This document shows positions 51,406 through 61,833 of a stretch of 64,000 nt of DNA, piece by piece. The notes below the pieces were generated by a model. The model saw only the letters and a program-made list of their open reading frames with translations. It was not told the DNA's origin and made no database searches. The position numbers and the translations under genes were made by a program. The DNA lies in contig JBFIML010000001.1 in the NCBI GenBank assembly GCA_041611735.1, positions 32,001-96,000 on the forward strand, given 5' to 3'. Within the stretch, counting starts at the first letter, position 1; the number at the start of each line of letters is the position of its first letter. This stretch comes from Myxococcota bacterium. Lineage in GTDB: Bacteria > Myxococcota_A > UBA9160 > PR03.

Positions 51406-54400
51406 CTAGGCTTCCGCCGGGGCCCGGCGCTCCCGTTCCTTCTGCAGCCGCAGCGCCTCGCGCTGCTCGTCCGTCAGCAGGTGCATGGCCAGTCTCGGCC
51501 GGATGATCGAGTAGAAGGTCGGGATCACCGTGATGGCGCCGAGCATGTTGAAGATCATCAAGATCGTCAGCAGCTGGGCCATCTCGGCCTGGAACCGCAG
51601 GCTCGACCAGCTCCACAGGATGATGCCGCCCACGATGGTGGTGGCGGTGAAGCTCACGGCCATGCCCGTGGTGCTCACGGCCCGCCGGATCGCCTCGTCG
51701 ATGTCCGCGGTCTCGGCCACCTCCTGGCAGATGCGGTCCACGATGTAGATCGCGTAGTCCACTCCGATCCCCACGCCCACCGACTGAACCGGCAGGGTGT
51801 TGATGTTGAGGCCGACGCCGCGCAGGGCCAGATATGCCAGCGAGACCATGGTTGCGGTCGCGATCTGGATCACGATGATCGTGGCGCTGGTGACCGACCG
51901 GTACGTGAGACCGTTCAGCACGAAGATCACCAGGAAGATCAGCGAGATGTTGGCGACGTGGCTGCGCTCCACCTCGTCGTTGATGGCGCCGAGGATGCCC
52001 ATGATGCCGCCCGCCATCACGAACTGGACGCCCCGCGTCCAAGAGTCGGTCGGCTGGTACTTCGGGACCGAGTCGACCGCCTTCAGATCGTGGACGATCA
52101 GGTCCTTGGTGTTCACGGCCACGGCCCGGATGCCGAACTCCTCGCTCTCCCACCAGGCATCCACGTCGTCGGGGCCCCAGTCCGCGAGCGAGGAGGGCCA
52201 GGTGAAGACCTCGCCCTCCTCGACGCTGTCCCGCTGCTCCTCGTAATCGAGGACGGCTCCCTCCTGGAATTCCTCGAGCCAGTCGGGGAGACCGTCGCTT
52301 CCGGGATTGCTGGGCTGGACCGCCTCGTAGCGACCGTCCTTGCGGATCTGGAGGTTGAGCGTGTGGTTCCGCGGCGGAAGCAGCGGCCCGATCATGTAGT
52401 AGAGCATGTCCTTCAGCCGGTCGCCGTCGAAGAAGCCGGCGTCGGCGGCCGCCTTGTCCATGTCGAGCCGGACGATCACCTCGCCGATCGGATTGCGCTT
52501 GATGAACTCTTCGGCGGCGAGCACGGTCCGCATGATCGTCTCGCCCTTCTTGTCCGGGAAATAGAAGGAGATGTTCGCGTCCCGGCCGTCATCGGTCATG
52601 TAGGGCCGCAGGAAGCCCGGGGCGCCGTTGATGCGCAGCTGGAAGATCGTCGTGCGCACGGTGCCCGAGTCGTCGGGCACGAACTGCCACTTCGGGTCGC
52701 CGTAGTGGTTCATGCGCCAGTACGCCTTGATGATGGGCGCGATGGAGACCGAAACACCCAGATTGGTGTGGGCCTTCATCCAGCGCTCGAACTCCTCCAT
52801 GCGTCGGATCGGCAGCGGGTCGGCGCTCGCGTTGTCGCGGTCGCCGTTGGCGTAGACCACGAAGGAGTCCACCCCGCCGAACTTCTGGGCGATCGCCTCC
52901 GTGGCCAGGTTGAACTCGTGATCGGGCCAGAGCAGGGGCGAGCCCGGCGTCGCCAGCCCGATCTTCGAGTGGTAGAGGGTGATGTAGGTCGACCCCACGA
53001 AGATCACGACCACCACCGCTGCCACCGCGTACTTCCAGACCCGGTGCGTCGTGAGCCAGCCCACGAAGCTCATGGCTCGCACCATGAACTTGGGAAGGAA
53101 GTGCTCGGTCTCCTTGGGCGGCGCCATGTAGCAGATCATGACGGGGTGGAGGATCTCCACCGTGAACAGGATGGACGCCACCCAGAAGGCGCCGAAGATG
53201 CCGAGGTCGCGCATCTGCGGGATGGAGGTCACCAGGATCACGAGCAGGCCAGCGACGTCGGTGATGATGCCGAGGGTCCCGGGCACGATCAGCTCGCCCA
53301 TGGCCACGGTGGCGGCCTCCACCTTGGCCTCCTCGACATCGTCCATCTGCGCGGCCAGCAGCTCGAAGTCCTCGAAGAAGCGCTCGGCCATCTGCACCGT
53401 GTGAGACACGGCGCGCGCCGTGATGATCATCGGGATCACCAGCACGAGTGGGTCGAAGGTGATCCCCATCCAGCCGGTGAAGCCGGTGCCCCAGATCACG
53501 GTGGCGATGGCCGCGATGAAGGGGATCAGCACGCCGTGCATGCGTCGGAAGTAGCCGAGCAGCAGGAGGAACACGATGATCACGGTGAGCGCGACGAAGA
53601 GCCCGATCTCGTAGGCGTGCTTGAGGATCCACCCCACGTGGATGGGTTCGCCGGAGACGAAGATGCTGTGTCGCTCGTCCTCCTCCGCGGCCTTGATGGC
53701 CTGTACGTGGTCGAAGACCGCCGCGTAGACCTCGCGCGAGCTGAGGCGGTCCGCCACGAACCCGGCGGTGATCAGGGCCCCCTTCTCGTCCAGGGAGACG
53801 AGGCGCCCGTAGATGCGCGGCGGGTTCTGCAACACGATTTCGCGCAGCCGGTCTGCCTCCGCCTGGGTCTCCGGCACCTTGCTCATCAGGATGTCGGACG
53901 TGATGGAACCGTCCGGCTCGATCTGCACCACGCGTGTGCTGCTGTGCGCTACGGAGCGCACCTCGTCGTGGTTGACGGGATAGGGCGGGAAGCGGATGTC
54001 GAGCTCCTTCAGGAGCTTCTCCTGGGAGAGCCCTGTCTCCTCCAGCTTCGCGCGCAGCTCGTCGCGCTCCTCGGTGCGGCTGTCGAAGCCGACCCCGTCC
54101 AGGGCGCGCGTGATGCGGTGGATCTTCTGCAGCGTCTCCGGCGTGAAGATCGTGCCTTCCTTCATGATCACGCCGATCGCCACCAGCGCGGAGCCGCCGA
54201 ACTTCTTGGCGAACTTGTCCTGGGCGTGGATGAAGGGGTGGTCCGGCCACTGAGCGCGCGCCGAGGTGTCGACCCGCACGATCGGCCCGGGCAGCCGCAG
54301 GCCGTTGGCGCGCAGGATCGCGTTCACGGTGGGGTAGAGGAAGAAGGCCGTCGCCAGGATCAGCAGCATGGCCACCGGGAAGCGGTGCCGCACTACGAAG

Positions 54401-54459
54401 CGCGCGAAGCGCAGGGTGGCGGTCTCGCGAACTCGGTGGTGGGGGATCTCGTGGGACAT
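51406..54459 (-). CDS. MMPL/RND-family transporter
   Basis: Two TM clusters; SHTVQ and GIGVDYAIY motifs; large periplasmic loops. Confidence 0.88.
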   Translation of the reverse strand: MSHEIPHHRVRETATLRFARFVVRHRFPVAMLLILATAFFLYPTVNAILRANGLRLPGPIVRVDTSARAQWPDHPFIHAQDKFAKKFGGSALVAIGVIMKEGTIFTPETLQKIHRITRALDGVGFDSRTEERDELRAKLEETGLSQEKLLKELDIRFPPYPVNHDEVRSVAHSSTRVVQIEPDGSITSDILMSKVPETQAEADRLREIVLQNPPRIYGRLVSLDEKGALITAGFVADRLSSREVYAAVFDHVQAIKAAEEDERHSIFVSGEPIHVGWILKHAYEIGLFVALTVIIVFLLLLGYFRRMHGVLIPFIAAIATVIWGTGFTGWMGITFDPLVLVIPMIITARAVSHTVQMAERFFEDFELLAAQMDDVEEAKVEAATVAMGELIVPGTLGIITDVAGLLVILVTSIPQMRDLGIFGAFWVASILFTVEILHPVMICYMAPPKETEHFLPKFMVRAMSFVGWLTTHRVWKYAVAAVVVVIFVGSTYITLYHSKIGLATPGSPLLWPDHEFNLATEAIAQKFGGVDSFVVYANGDRDNASADPLPIRRMEEFERWMKAHTNLGVSVSIAPIIKAYWRMNHYGDPKWQFVPDDSGTVRTTIFQLRINGAPGFLRPYMTDDGRDANISFYFPDKKGETIMRTVLAAEEFIKRNPIGEVIVRLDMDKAAADAGFFDGDRLKDMLYYMIGPLLPPRNHTLNLQIRKDGRYEAVQPSNPGSDGLPDWLEEFQEGAVLDYEEQRDSVEEGEVFTWPSSLADWGPDDVDAWWESEEFGIRAVAVNTKDLIVHDLKAVDSVPKYQPTDSWTRGVQFVMAGGIMGILGAINDEVERSHVANISLIFLVIFVLNGLTYRSVTSATIIVIQIATATMVSLAYLALRGVGLNINTLPVQSVGVGIGVDYAIYIVDRICQEVAETADIDEAIRRAVSTTGMAVSFTATTIVGGIILWSWSSLRFQAEMAQLLTILMIFNMLGAITVIPTFYSIIRPRLAMHLLTDEQREALRLQKERERRAPAEA

Positions 54460-54658
54460 GGATCCTCTCGTCCTTCGGGGAGCCGGACCCCATCGACGCC
54501 GGGGTCGGACGGACGCGGCCGCGGGGACCGTGTCGCGACGGCCTCACGCGCGGCCGGCACCCGAGCGCACCTTATGACCGAAGCCGGGCGACGGTCAAGC
54601 GGGATCTGCCCGGGGGGACGGCGATCCCCCAGAGATCCACCAGGCCGTGGCGTCTCGC

Positions 54659-55174
54659 CTACGGGCAGCGCGCCAGGAAGGCGGCGGGCGTCACGACCCG
54701 GGCGCCCTGGCTTCGGGCACGCGCCGCCAGCCGCCGGTCCGCCGTCACCAGGGCGACCCGCGCCGGCTCGGGAGTGGCGCGAAGACGGGCGAGCATCCAG
54801 GCGTCGGCGGACGGGGCGAAGGCCACGCGCAGGCGCGCGGACGGCTCCGCGCCCGCCTCGGCGGGTCTCGCGCCGTCGAAGATCACCCAGATCTCCGCCT
54901 GAGGGTCGTCGAAGCTGGCGGCCCTCCCCAGGAGCCGTGCCCGGGCCTCCTCCCGCCACCAGCCCTGCCGATCCGAGTCCCGCAAGAGCGCCACCTGGAG
55001 CACGTTGAAGCCATCCACGAGCCAGGTGGTCGGGGTCGCTGCGGGATGCGGGTGGGCCACGGGGCCAGGGTAGGGCGCTGCGCTCCCCACGGCCCGGGCC
55101 TCGAGCTCGGCCCAGCCCAGGGCGAAGGCCACGAAGCCGAGCATGACGCCGAACGCCCGAAGTGCCTCTCGCAT
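54659..55174 (-). CDS. NYN/YacP-like PIN-domain protein
   Basis: LVDGFN, IFDG, SAD..., VTADR.L; real start probably the GTG near 55059. Confidence 0.75.
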   Translation of the reverse strand: MREALRAFGVMLGFVAFALGWAELEARAVGSAAPYPGPVAHPHPAATPTTWLVDGFNVLQVALLRDSDRQGWWREEARARLLGRAASFDDPQAEIWVIFDGARPAEAGAEPSARLRVAFAPSADAWMLARLRATPEPARVALVTADRRLAARARSQGARVVTPAAFLARCP

Positions 55175-55277
55175 GACCGGCAGCGTGCCGCGCCTCCGTG
55201 ACAGGGACGGACACGAGGGGGATCGGGAGAAGCCGCCCCGGCTTGCGGGACCGCGGGGCCTTCCCTACCGAGGAGCC

Positions 55278-56156
55278 ATGGCCGCCCCGTCCACCGTCCT
55301 CCCCATCGGCCTGGTCCAGATGTCCATGTCCGAGGACCCGGAGGCGAACCTCGCCCGGGCCCGCGAGGGCATCGAGGAGGCGGTGGGCCGCGGGGCTCGC
55401 ATCGTGTGCCTGCCGGAACTCTTCCGCAGCCGCTACTTCTGCCAGGCCGAGGACGCGGAGCGCTTCGCCCTGGCGGAGCCCGTGCCGGGGGGACCCACCA
55501 CCGAGGCCCTGGCCAAGCTCGCCGCCGCCCGCGGCGTCGTCCTCGTCGCCTCGCTCTTCGAGCGGCGCGCCGAGGGCCTCTACCACAACACGGCCGTCAC
55601 CCTGGACGCCGACGGCCGCGTGGCGGGCGTCTACCGCAAGATGCACATCCCCGACGATCCGCTCTACTACGAGAAGTTCTACTTCGCACCGGGGGATCTC
55701 GGCTTCCGGGCCGTGGCGACCCGGCACGCGCGCGTCGGGACCCTCGTCTGCTGGGACCAGTGGTTTCCCGAGGCAGCCCGCCTCACGGCCCTGGCCGGGG
55801 CGCAGGTGGTCTTCTATCCCACCGCCATCGGCTGGCAGTTCGACGCCGGGTCCGCAGAGGACGCGTCCCAGCACGACGCCTGGGAGACGGTGCAGCGCGG
55901 CCACGCCATCGCGAACGGCGTCTTCGTGGCGGTGGTGAACCGGGTCGGCCGCGAGGCAGCGATCCGTTTCTGGGGCCAGTCGTTCGTAGCCGATCCCTTC
56001 GGCCGCGTGCTGGCGCGTGCCTCGGACCGCGACGAAGAGGTCCTCGTGGTGGAATGCGACCTCGGGCAGATCGAACGCGTGCGCCGGGAATGGCCCTTCC
56101 TGCGCGATCGCCGCATCGACGCCTACGCGGACCTGGCCCGCCGCTTCCGGGACTGA
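55278..56156 (+). CDS. aguB: N-carbamoylputrescine amidase (C-N hydrolase)
   Basis: PELF, RKMHIPDDP.YYEKFYF, CWDQWFPE, PTAIGW; adjacent to agmatine deiminase. Confidence 0.9.
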   Translation: MAAPSTVLPIGLVQMSMSEDPEANLARAREGIEEAVGRGARIVCLPELFRSRYFCQAEDAERFALAEPVPGGPTTEALAKLAAARGVVLVASLFERRAEGLYHNTAVTLDADGRVAGVYRKMHIPDDPLYYEKFYFAPGDLGFRAVATRHARVGTLVCWDQWFPEAARLTALAGAQVVFYPTAIGWQFDAGSAEDASQHDAWETVQRGHAIANGVFVAVVNRVGREAAIRFWGQSFVADPFGRVLARASDRDEEVLVVECDLGQIERVRREWPFLRDRRIDAYADLARRFRD

Positions 56157-56170
56157 GCCCCGCGCTGTCC

Positions 56171-57238
56171 GTGGAGGCGACGTCCGAGACCCCGGCCGCC
56201 CTCTCCTACCGATGGCCTGCCGAGTGGGAGCCCCACCGGGCCACCTGGCTGTCCTGGCCCCACAACGCCGAGACCTGGCCCGGGCGCCTGGCGCGCGCCG
56301 AGCGGACCTTCGCCGAGCTGGTGGGGCATCTGGTGGAGCACGAGGCGGTCTGCATCGCGGTGGGGGATCACGCACTCGAGGAGTCGGCGCGCAAGGCCCT
56401 GCGCCGTGCCGGCGTGGAGCCCGATCGCGGAGTCGCCTTCCACCCCATCGCCACCAACGACGCCTGGGCCCGCGACCACGGGCCGATCTTCCTGGTGCGG
56501 AAGGGAGCGGACGGGGCCCGCGAGCGCGTCGTGGCCGATTTCCGCTTCGACAACTGGGGCCGCAAGTACCCGGGCTTCGAGCGCGACGACGCGGTGCCGG
56601 CTGCGGTGGCGCGTGTCCTCGGGCTGCCTCGCTTCGCCGCGGACTTCGTGCTGGAGGGCGGAGCTGTGGACGGGGACGGGGAGGGCACGGTGCTCACCAC
56701 CGAGTCGTGTCTCCTGAACCCCAACCGCGGGGCCGACCGCGATCGGGAACGCATGGAGCTCCGCCTGCGGGCGTGGCTCGGCGCAGAGCGGGTCCTCTGG
56801 CTCGGCGCCGGCATCCAGGGCGACGACACCGATGGCCACGTGGACGACGTGGCCCGCTTCGTGGCGCCCGCCACGTTGGTGGCTGCGGTGTGCGGGGACC
56901 CCGCCAACCCCGATTCCGCCCCGCTCGCCGAGAACCGCCGCCGCCTGGCCCGCATGACGGACGCCCGGGGGCGACGCCTCGCCGTGGCGGAGCTTCCCGT
57001 GCCGCCGCGGGTCGTGGTGGACGGCAGCGTCCGCCCGGCCAGCTACGCGAACTTCTACCTGGCGAACGGCCTCGCCCTGGTCCCGACCTTCGACGCTGCG
57101 AGCGACGCTCGGGCCCTGGCGGTCCTGCGCGAGGCCCTGCCGGGCCGCGACGTGGTGGGGGTGCCCTGCAACGATCTCGTGGTGGGCCTCGGGGCGATCC
57201 ACTGCGTGACCCAGCAGGAGCCGGCGGGCGGACCCTGA
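56171..57238 (+). CDS. aguA: Agmatine deiminase
   Basis: PAEWEPH, W.RD.GP, LEGG, DDTDGHVD, SYANF, G.IHCVTQQ. Confidence 0.93.
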   Translation: MEATSETPAALSYRWPAEWEPHRATWLSWPHNAETWPGRLARAERTFAELVGHLVEHEAVCIAVGDHALEESARKALRRAGVEPDRGVAFHPIATNDAWARDHGPIFLVRKGADGARERVVADFRFDNWGRKYPGFERDDAVPAAVARVLGLPRFAADFVLEGGAVDGDGEGTVLTTESCLLNPNRGADRDRERMELRLRAWLGAERVLWLGAGIQGDDTDGHVDDVARFVAPATLVAAVCGDPANPDSAPLAENRRRLARMTDARGRRLAVAELPVPPRVVVDGSVRPASYANFYLANGLALVPTFDAASDARALAVLREALPGRDVVGVPCNDLVVGLGAIHCVTQQEPAGGP

Positions 57239-57331
57239 AGCCGAGGAGAAGCGGTTTTCCCTCGACGGAAATGGCGTTCCTCGCCGAGGCGGCTCGGCAC
57301 CCCCAGAAAGGCCCTTGGGGCGTTTCTGCAC

Positions 57332-57347
57332 TGGCACGCTTGCTGCA
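57332..57347 (+). promoter_or_regulatory. sigma54 (-24/-12) promoter
   Basis: TGGCACGCTTGCTGCA matches TGGCACG-N4-TTGCW with one mismatch and correct GG/GC spacing. Confidence 0.7.
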
Positions 57348-57370
57348 CTTGTCCTGCCATCCACCTGCGC

Positions 57371-57400
57371 GACGCCCTGGAGCCCGGGCTCCAGGGCGTC
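57371..57400. repeat. Perfect 30-bp palindrome in the predicted 5' UTR
   Basis: GACGCCCTGGAGCCC|GGGCTCCAGGGCGTC. Confidence 0.85.
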
Positions 57401-57439
57401 CGTCCAAGATGGCTCCGGAACGAATCGCGAGGCCCCCCA

Positions 57440-59188
57440 ATGATCCGCGTGCCTGCCGTCTGCGCCCTGGCCGCCCTCACCCTGCTCGCCCCCCTGGGCG
57501 GTGAGCCGGCCCGGGCCGACGAGCCCTATCCGACCGACCGCTGCGTGAGCGAGAAGCTCGCGGCGGCCGCCCGCCATTGCGGAGAGATCCTGGGCCTCTT
57601 TTCCCGCTTCCACGCGGACCATCCCGCCCTCGGGCGGCGGCTGGCCCGCGCCGAGGCGCGCCTCGCGCGCGCCTGGCGGCGGGCCGAGGCCGGCTCGGCA
57701 GCGGACGGCGTGGACTGCGCGGATTCCACGGCCGGGAGCGCGGCCGTGGCGGACCTCGTCGAGGCCGGCGCAGACGGGATCGCCGGGTCCGCCGGGGCGC
57801 GTCTCTGCCGCGCGCTCCTCGAGGCGGAAGCCTGGCACCTGCGCAGCCGTGGCTGGGACCGGGAGCGCGAGCGGCTCGAGCGCCGGCGGGCCGAGGCCCT
57901 GCAGGCCGACGGGCCCGGCGATGGCAAGGCCCACGGTCGGCGCGAGCCGCACCCGGCGGCGCGCGAAGAAGGGTGGCGGGCTGCGGTCGAGGCCCTGGTC
58001 CAGCGCGTGGTCCTCGCCGTGACGGTCTCCCCGCACGTCCCCACCGAGTGGACGCAGGTCACTCCCGACGCGGAGGTTCGCTACGAGGGGCGCTCCCTCG
58101 CGCCCATCTGCTCGCGCGGCACCCCGTGGGTCTTCTTCGTGAAGCGCGGCACCGTGAACAAGCTCTTCATCCACTACCAGGGTGGTGGCGCCTGCTGGGA
58201 CGGCGTCACCTGCGACGCCTTCCCGACCTACGACCAGGCCGTCGATCCGGAGCGGGAGAATCCCGCCGGCTTCTCGGCGGGCCTCTTCGATCTCGACAAT
58301 CCCGACAACCCCATCCGGGACTGGCACATGGTCTTCGTCCCGTACTGCACGGGCGACGTCCACTGGGGCGACGCGCGCTTCGAACACCCGGACCTGGCCG
58401 GGGAGAACACGGTCGTGATCGAGCACAAGGGCTGGGTGAACGCCCGCGTGGCCGAGAAGTGGACGCGCGAGCACTTCGTGCATCCTGACCAGGTGTTCGT
58501 CACCGGCTCGAGCGCCGGCGCCTACGGCGCCATCGTGAACTCCTTGCCCCTGCTGGAGTTCGTGTACCCGTCGGCTCAGGTCTCGGTGCTCGGCGACGCG
58601 GGCAACGGCGTCATCACCCAGGACTTCCTGGAGAACGACATCCGCAAGTGGGGGGTCGAGAAGAACCTGCCGCCCTGGATCCCGGCCCTGAACCGACCGC
58701 TCGAGGAGCTCACGGCGGCGGACCTCTGGGTCGCCGCAGCGGAGTTCTACCCCCAGGCTCGCTTCGCCACCTACACCACCGCCTTCGACGGGAGCCGCGG
58801 TGGCCAGACCGGCTTCTTCTGGGTGATGCTCAACCCGGTCCGCGACAACCCCTTCAACATCTTCAAGTGGCTCAATTGGTGGGAGGCCAGCTGCGAATGG
58901 AACCAGCGCATGCGCGCGCTCAACGCCAACGCCACCGCCCGGGCCCCGAACTACCGCTACTATGTGGGCAGCGGGTCGCGCCACACCATCGAGTTCAACG
59001 ACAAGCTGTATGACGACACCACGGGCGGGGTTCCGCCCTTCGTGAGCTGGCTTCGCGCCATGATCGCCGGCAGCCCCGAGTGGGTGAACGTCGAGTGCCA
59101 GGACTGCGGCGTGCTGCTGCCCGGCGATCCGGCCCCCAGGCCGGCCCTGCCCCCCTTCACTGCCGACGGGCGCATCATCTGCGATTGA
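57440..59188 (+). CDS. Secreted pectinacetylesterase/Notum-family alpha/beta hydrolase with Cys-containing N-terminal domain
   Basis: Signal peptide; QGGGACW, VPYCTGD.H.G, GSSAG, DAG. Confidence 0.82.
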   Translation: MIRVPAVCALAALTLLAPLGGEPARADEPYPTDRCVSEKLAAAARHCGEILGLFSRFHADHPALGRRLARAEARLARAWRRAEAGSAADGVDCADSTAGSAAVADLVEAGADGIAGSAGARLCRALLEAEAWHLRSRGWDRERERLERRRAEALQADGPGDGKAHGRREPHPAAREEGWRAAVEALVQRVVLAVTVSPHVPTEWTQVTPDAEVRYEGRSLAPICSRGTPWVFFVKRGTVNKLFIHYQGGGACWDGVTCDAFPTYDQAVDPERENPAGFSAGLFDLDNPDNPIRDWHMVFVPYCTGDVHWGDARFEHPDLAGENTVVIEHKGWVNARVAEKWTREHFVHPDQVFVTGSSAGAYGAIVNSLPLLEFVYPSAQVSVLGDAGNGVITQDFLENDIRKWGVEKNLPPWIPALNRPLEELTAADLWVAAAEFYPQARFATYTTAFDGSRGGQTGFFWVMLNPVRDNPFNIFKWLNWWEASCEWNQRMRALNANATARAPNYRYYVGSGSRHTIEFNDKLYDDTTGGVPPFVSWLRAMIAGSPEWVNVECQDCGVLLPGDPAPRPALPPFTADGRIICD

Positions 59189-59228
59189 AACCACCCCGCT
59201 GGTTGCCGCATCCGGAAAGGAGATCGTC

Positions 59229-61706
59229 GTGAAGAAGCTCCCCCGAGCAGTCCTCCTGCTCCCGGTCCTCGTGGTGGCTTCGCTCTCGCTGGCCATGGGG
59301 CCCTGCTCCGGCCACCCGGGCGGGGGTCTCCCGTTCTTCCGCTTCGAGGCGCCGCTCCCGGGCCAGCTCTCCCAGGTGGGGCCCCTCGGCTTCGAGCTGC
59401 GGCTGCCCCCGCACCCCAAGCAGGCCAACCTCGTGATCGAGCTGGACGGGCAGCCCCTGGATCCCTCCAGCTTCGAGCGGGGCCGTCGCCAGGTCTCCGG
59501 CCCGCTTCCGCCCCTGGGTCCGGGCGCTCACGAGCTCCGCGCCTCCATCGAGCTGCGCCCGGTTCCCTTCCTGCCCGCGAGGGTCCTGCACGCCGCCGCG
59601 GCCTTCGAGCTGGTCCAGCTCGAGAACCCCGAGGAGTGCGAGATCCTGAGCCGGGCGGACTGCCTGCTTCCGTATCCCTCGTCGCGCTTCCAAGCGCCGG
59701 CGGAGACGCCCACCGGCTGGCGCCTGGCCTTCCCCGTGGCGGGGATGCCGCTGCAGTTCGGCCGTCCCATCTCCCCGGACATGCTGGGCCAGCTCGACGG
59801 CTTCAGCCCCCTCGTCCAGGTCCTGATGAACTTCCCGGGTGGTGTGGACCTGGAGCGCTCCGGGGCGGCGCAGCTGCTTTCGGACCGGCGCACCCACGAC
59901 GACCGCTCCCTGGACCGCAACAGCCCCACGGTGCTCGTGGACCTCGAGACCGGCGAGCGCGTGCTCCACTTCGTGGAGCTCGACGCGCGCCTGACGGACC
60001 CGGCCCGGCGCCTCTTCTTCCTGCGTCCCGCGCAGAGCCTGCGCCCGGGGCACCGCTACGCGGTGGCCGTGCGCAACCTGGTCGCTCCCGACGGGAGCCC
60101 CGTTCCGGCGGAGCCGGTCTTCGCGGCCCTGCGGGACGGGCGGCCTTCGGACATCCCGGCCGTCGAGGCGCGTCGCGAACACTTCGAGCACTTGTTCCGG
60201 GACCTGTGGCGCAAGGCCCGGGTGCCGCGCGGGGACCTGGTGCTGGCCTTCGACTTCGTGGTGCAGAGCGACGAGGGACTGACCCACCAGATGCTGGCCA
60301 TGCGCGAGCAGGCCTTCGACTGGCTCGCCCAGCAGGTGGCGCTCGGGAACACCGCCGACCTCTTCACGGTGAATCCGGACGCCACCCGGGAGAACGACTG
60401 CTCCGAGCCCGACACCCTCTTCTGGCGCACCGTGGAAGGCACCTACCGGGTGCCGCTCTTCCTGACCGCCGACCCGGTGGCGACGCCCCGGGCCGACAGC
60501 TTCCTCGCCGTGGACGCCGACGGGCATCCGGTCCCGAACGGCGAGACGAACCCGCCCTTCACCATCGCCGTCCCGTGCGCCGTCCTGCAGGGCGGCCCGC
60601 CGGCCAGCCCGCTGGTGATCGGTCACGGCCTGTTCGGCAGCGGCCGCAGCACCATTCGGGGCTTCCTGGACGACGAGGTGGCCGACGGGGTCCTGGATCT
60701 GGGCTTCGACCGCTTCGACTACATCCCCGGCGCCACGGACTGGCGGGGCCTCTCGACGCCCGACCGGGAAGGGCCGCCCGGACCCGACGGCCGGCCCGGT
60801 CCCCTCGTCCAGAGCTGGATCGTGACCCAGGTGCTGACCCAGCTCGGCAACTTCTCCCAGCTCCCGGACCGCCTGCGCCAGGGCCAGCTCAACACCCTGG
60901 TGCTGGCCCGCATGATGAAGCAGGGCCTCTTCAACGTGCATCCGGCCTTCCGGACGCCCGAGGACGCGGGCGTCTTCCCGGGCCCCCAGGAGCCGGCCTA
61001 CTACTTCGGCGCGAGCCTCGGCGGCGTCATGGGCCTCATGTTCGCGGCGCTCTCCCCGGACGTAGAGCGCCTGAACGTGGACGTGCCCGCCATGAACTTC
61101 GCGTTCCTGCTGCAGCGGGCCACGCCGTTCCTGCAGTTCCAGGACCTGCTGGTGCTCACGGGAATCGGTGACGCCACGGAGGTGGCCATCGGCGTCGGGC
61201 TGATCGGCGAGCTCTGGGTGCGCGGCGAGTCGGCGGGCTACGCCACCCACATCACGCGGGATCCACTGCCCGGAACCAACGCCAAGCGCATCCTCATGAC
61301 CGAGGCCTGGCTCGACCAGCAGGTGTCGAACCTCGGCACCGAGATCGCCGCGCGCACGCTCCGGCTCCCGAACCTGAAGCCCGGCTCCCTGGTCTCCGAC
61401 CTGGTGGACGTCCCCGACCGCGCGGGGCCGCTGCCCTCGGCGCTCGTGGTCTACGACACGGGCTCCTTCGACCTGGCGAACCCGGCCCACGAGCCCTTCG
61501 TGCCGCCGCTGGCCAACCTGCAGGCGATACCGAACCGCTGCGACCCGCACGGGCTGCGGGGCCTGATCCCCGCGTCCCTGTTGCAGCTGATCGCCTTCCT
61601 GCAGCCGGACGGGGAGATCGAGAACTTCTGCAACGGCGACTGCGACGCCGCAGAGCCGATCGAGCTGCCCTTCGGCGCGGACGCGCCCTGCAATCCGCTT
61701 CCCTAG
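59229..61706 (+). CDS. Secreted lipase-like alpha/beta hydrolase
   Basis: Signal peptide; CLLPYPS, DGFS, GHGLFG, GASLGG nucleophile elbow, DPH. Confidence 0.7.
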   Translation: MKKLPRAVLLLPVLVVASLSLAMGPCSGHPGGGLPFFRFEAPLPGQLSQVGPLGFELRLPPHPKQANLVIELDGQPLDPSSFERGRRQVSGPLPPLGPGAHELRASIELRPVPFLPARVLHAAAAFELVQLENPEECEILSRADCLLPYPSSRFQAPAETPTGWRLAFPVAGMPLQFGRPISPDMLGQLDGFSPLVQVLMNFPGGVDLERSGAAQLLSDRRTHDDRSLDRNSPTVLVDLETGERVLHFVELDARLTDPARRLFFLRPAQSLRPGHRYAVAVRNLVAPDGSPVPAEPVFAALRDGRPSDIPAVEARREHFEHLFRDLWRKARVPRGDLVLAFDFVVQSDEGLTHQMLAMREQAFDWLAQQVALGNTADLFTVNPDATRENDCSEPDTLFWRTVEGTYRVPLFLTADPVATPRADSFLAVDADGHPVPNGETNPPFTIAVPCAVLQGGPPASPLVIGHGLFGSGRSTIRGFLDDEVADGVLDLGFDRFDYIPGATDWRGLSTPDREGPPGPDGRPGPLVQSWIVTQVLTQLGNFSQLPDRLRQGQLNTLVLARMMKQGLFNVHPAFRTPEDAGVFPGPQEPAYYFGASLGGVMGLMFAALSPDVERLNVDVPAMNFAFLLQRATPFLQFQDLLVLTGIGDATEVAIGVGLIGELWVRGESAGYATHITRDPLPGTNAKRILMTEAWLDQQVSNLGTEIAARTLRLPNLKPGSLVSDLVDVPDRAGPLPSALVVYDTGSFDLANPAHEPFVPPLANLQAIPNRCDPHGLRGLIPASLLQLIAFLQPDGEIENFCNGDCDAAEPIELPFGADAPCNPLP

Positions 61707-61707
61707 A

Positions 61708-61741
61708 CAGGAGCCCGACCCGAGTTCGGGTCGGGCTCCTG
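61708..61741. terminator. Strong hairpin right after the hydrolase stop (terminator or stability element)
   Basis: CAGGAGCCCGACCCGA-GT-TCGGGTCGGGCTCCTG; no U-tract. Confidence 0.55.
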
Positions 61742-61833
61742 CGGGAGCCACCGCGCTCGCTTTCCCCGAGCCCCGTAATCCGCTAGAAACCGAATGGTAT
61801 CCCGGTACTTCGGGAGGATTCGGGGGACTCGGC

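Noticed and set aside
55060-55174. Apparent signal peptide on the NYN-domain protein
   Set aside because: Probably an over-extended ORF; a GTG just before the domain is a more plausible start.
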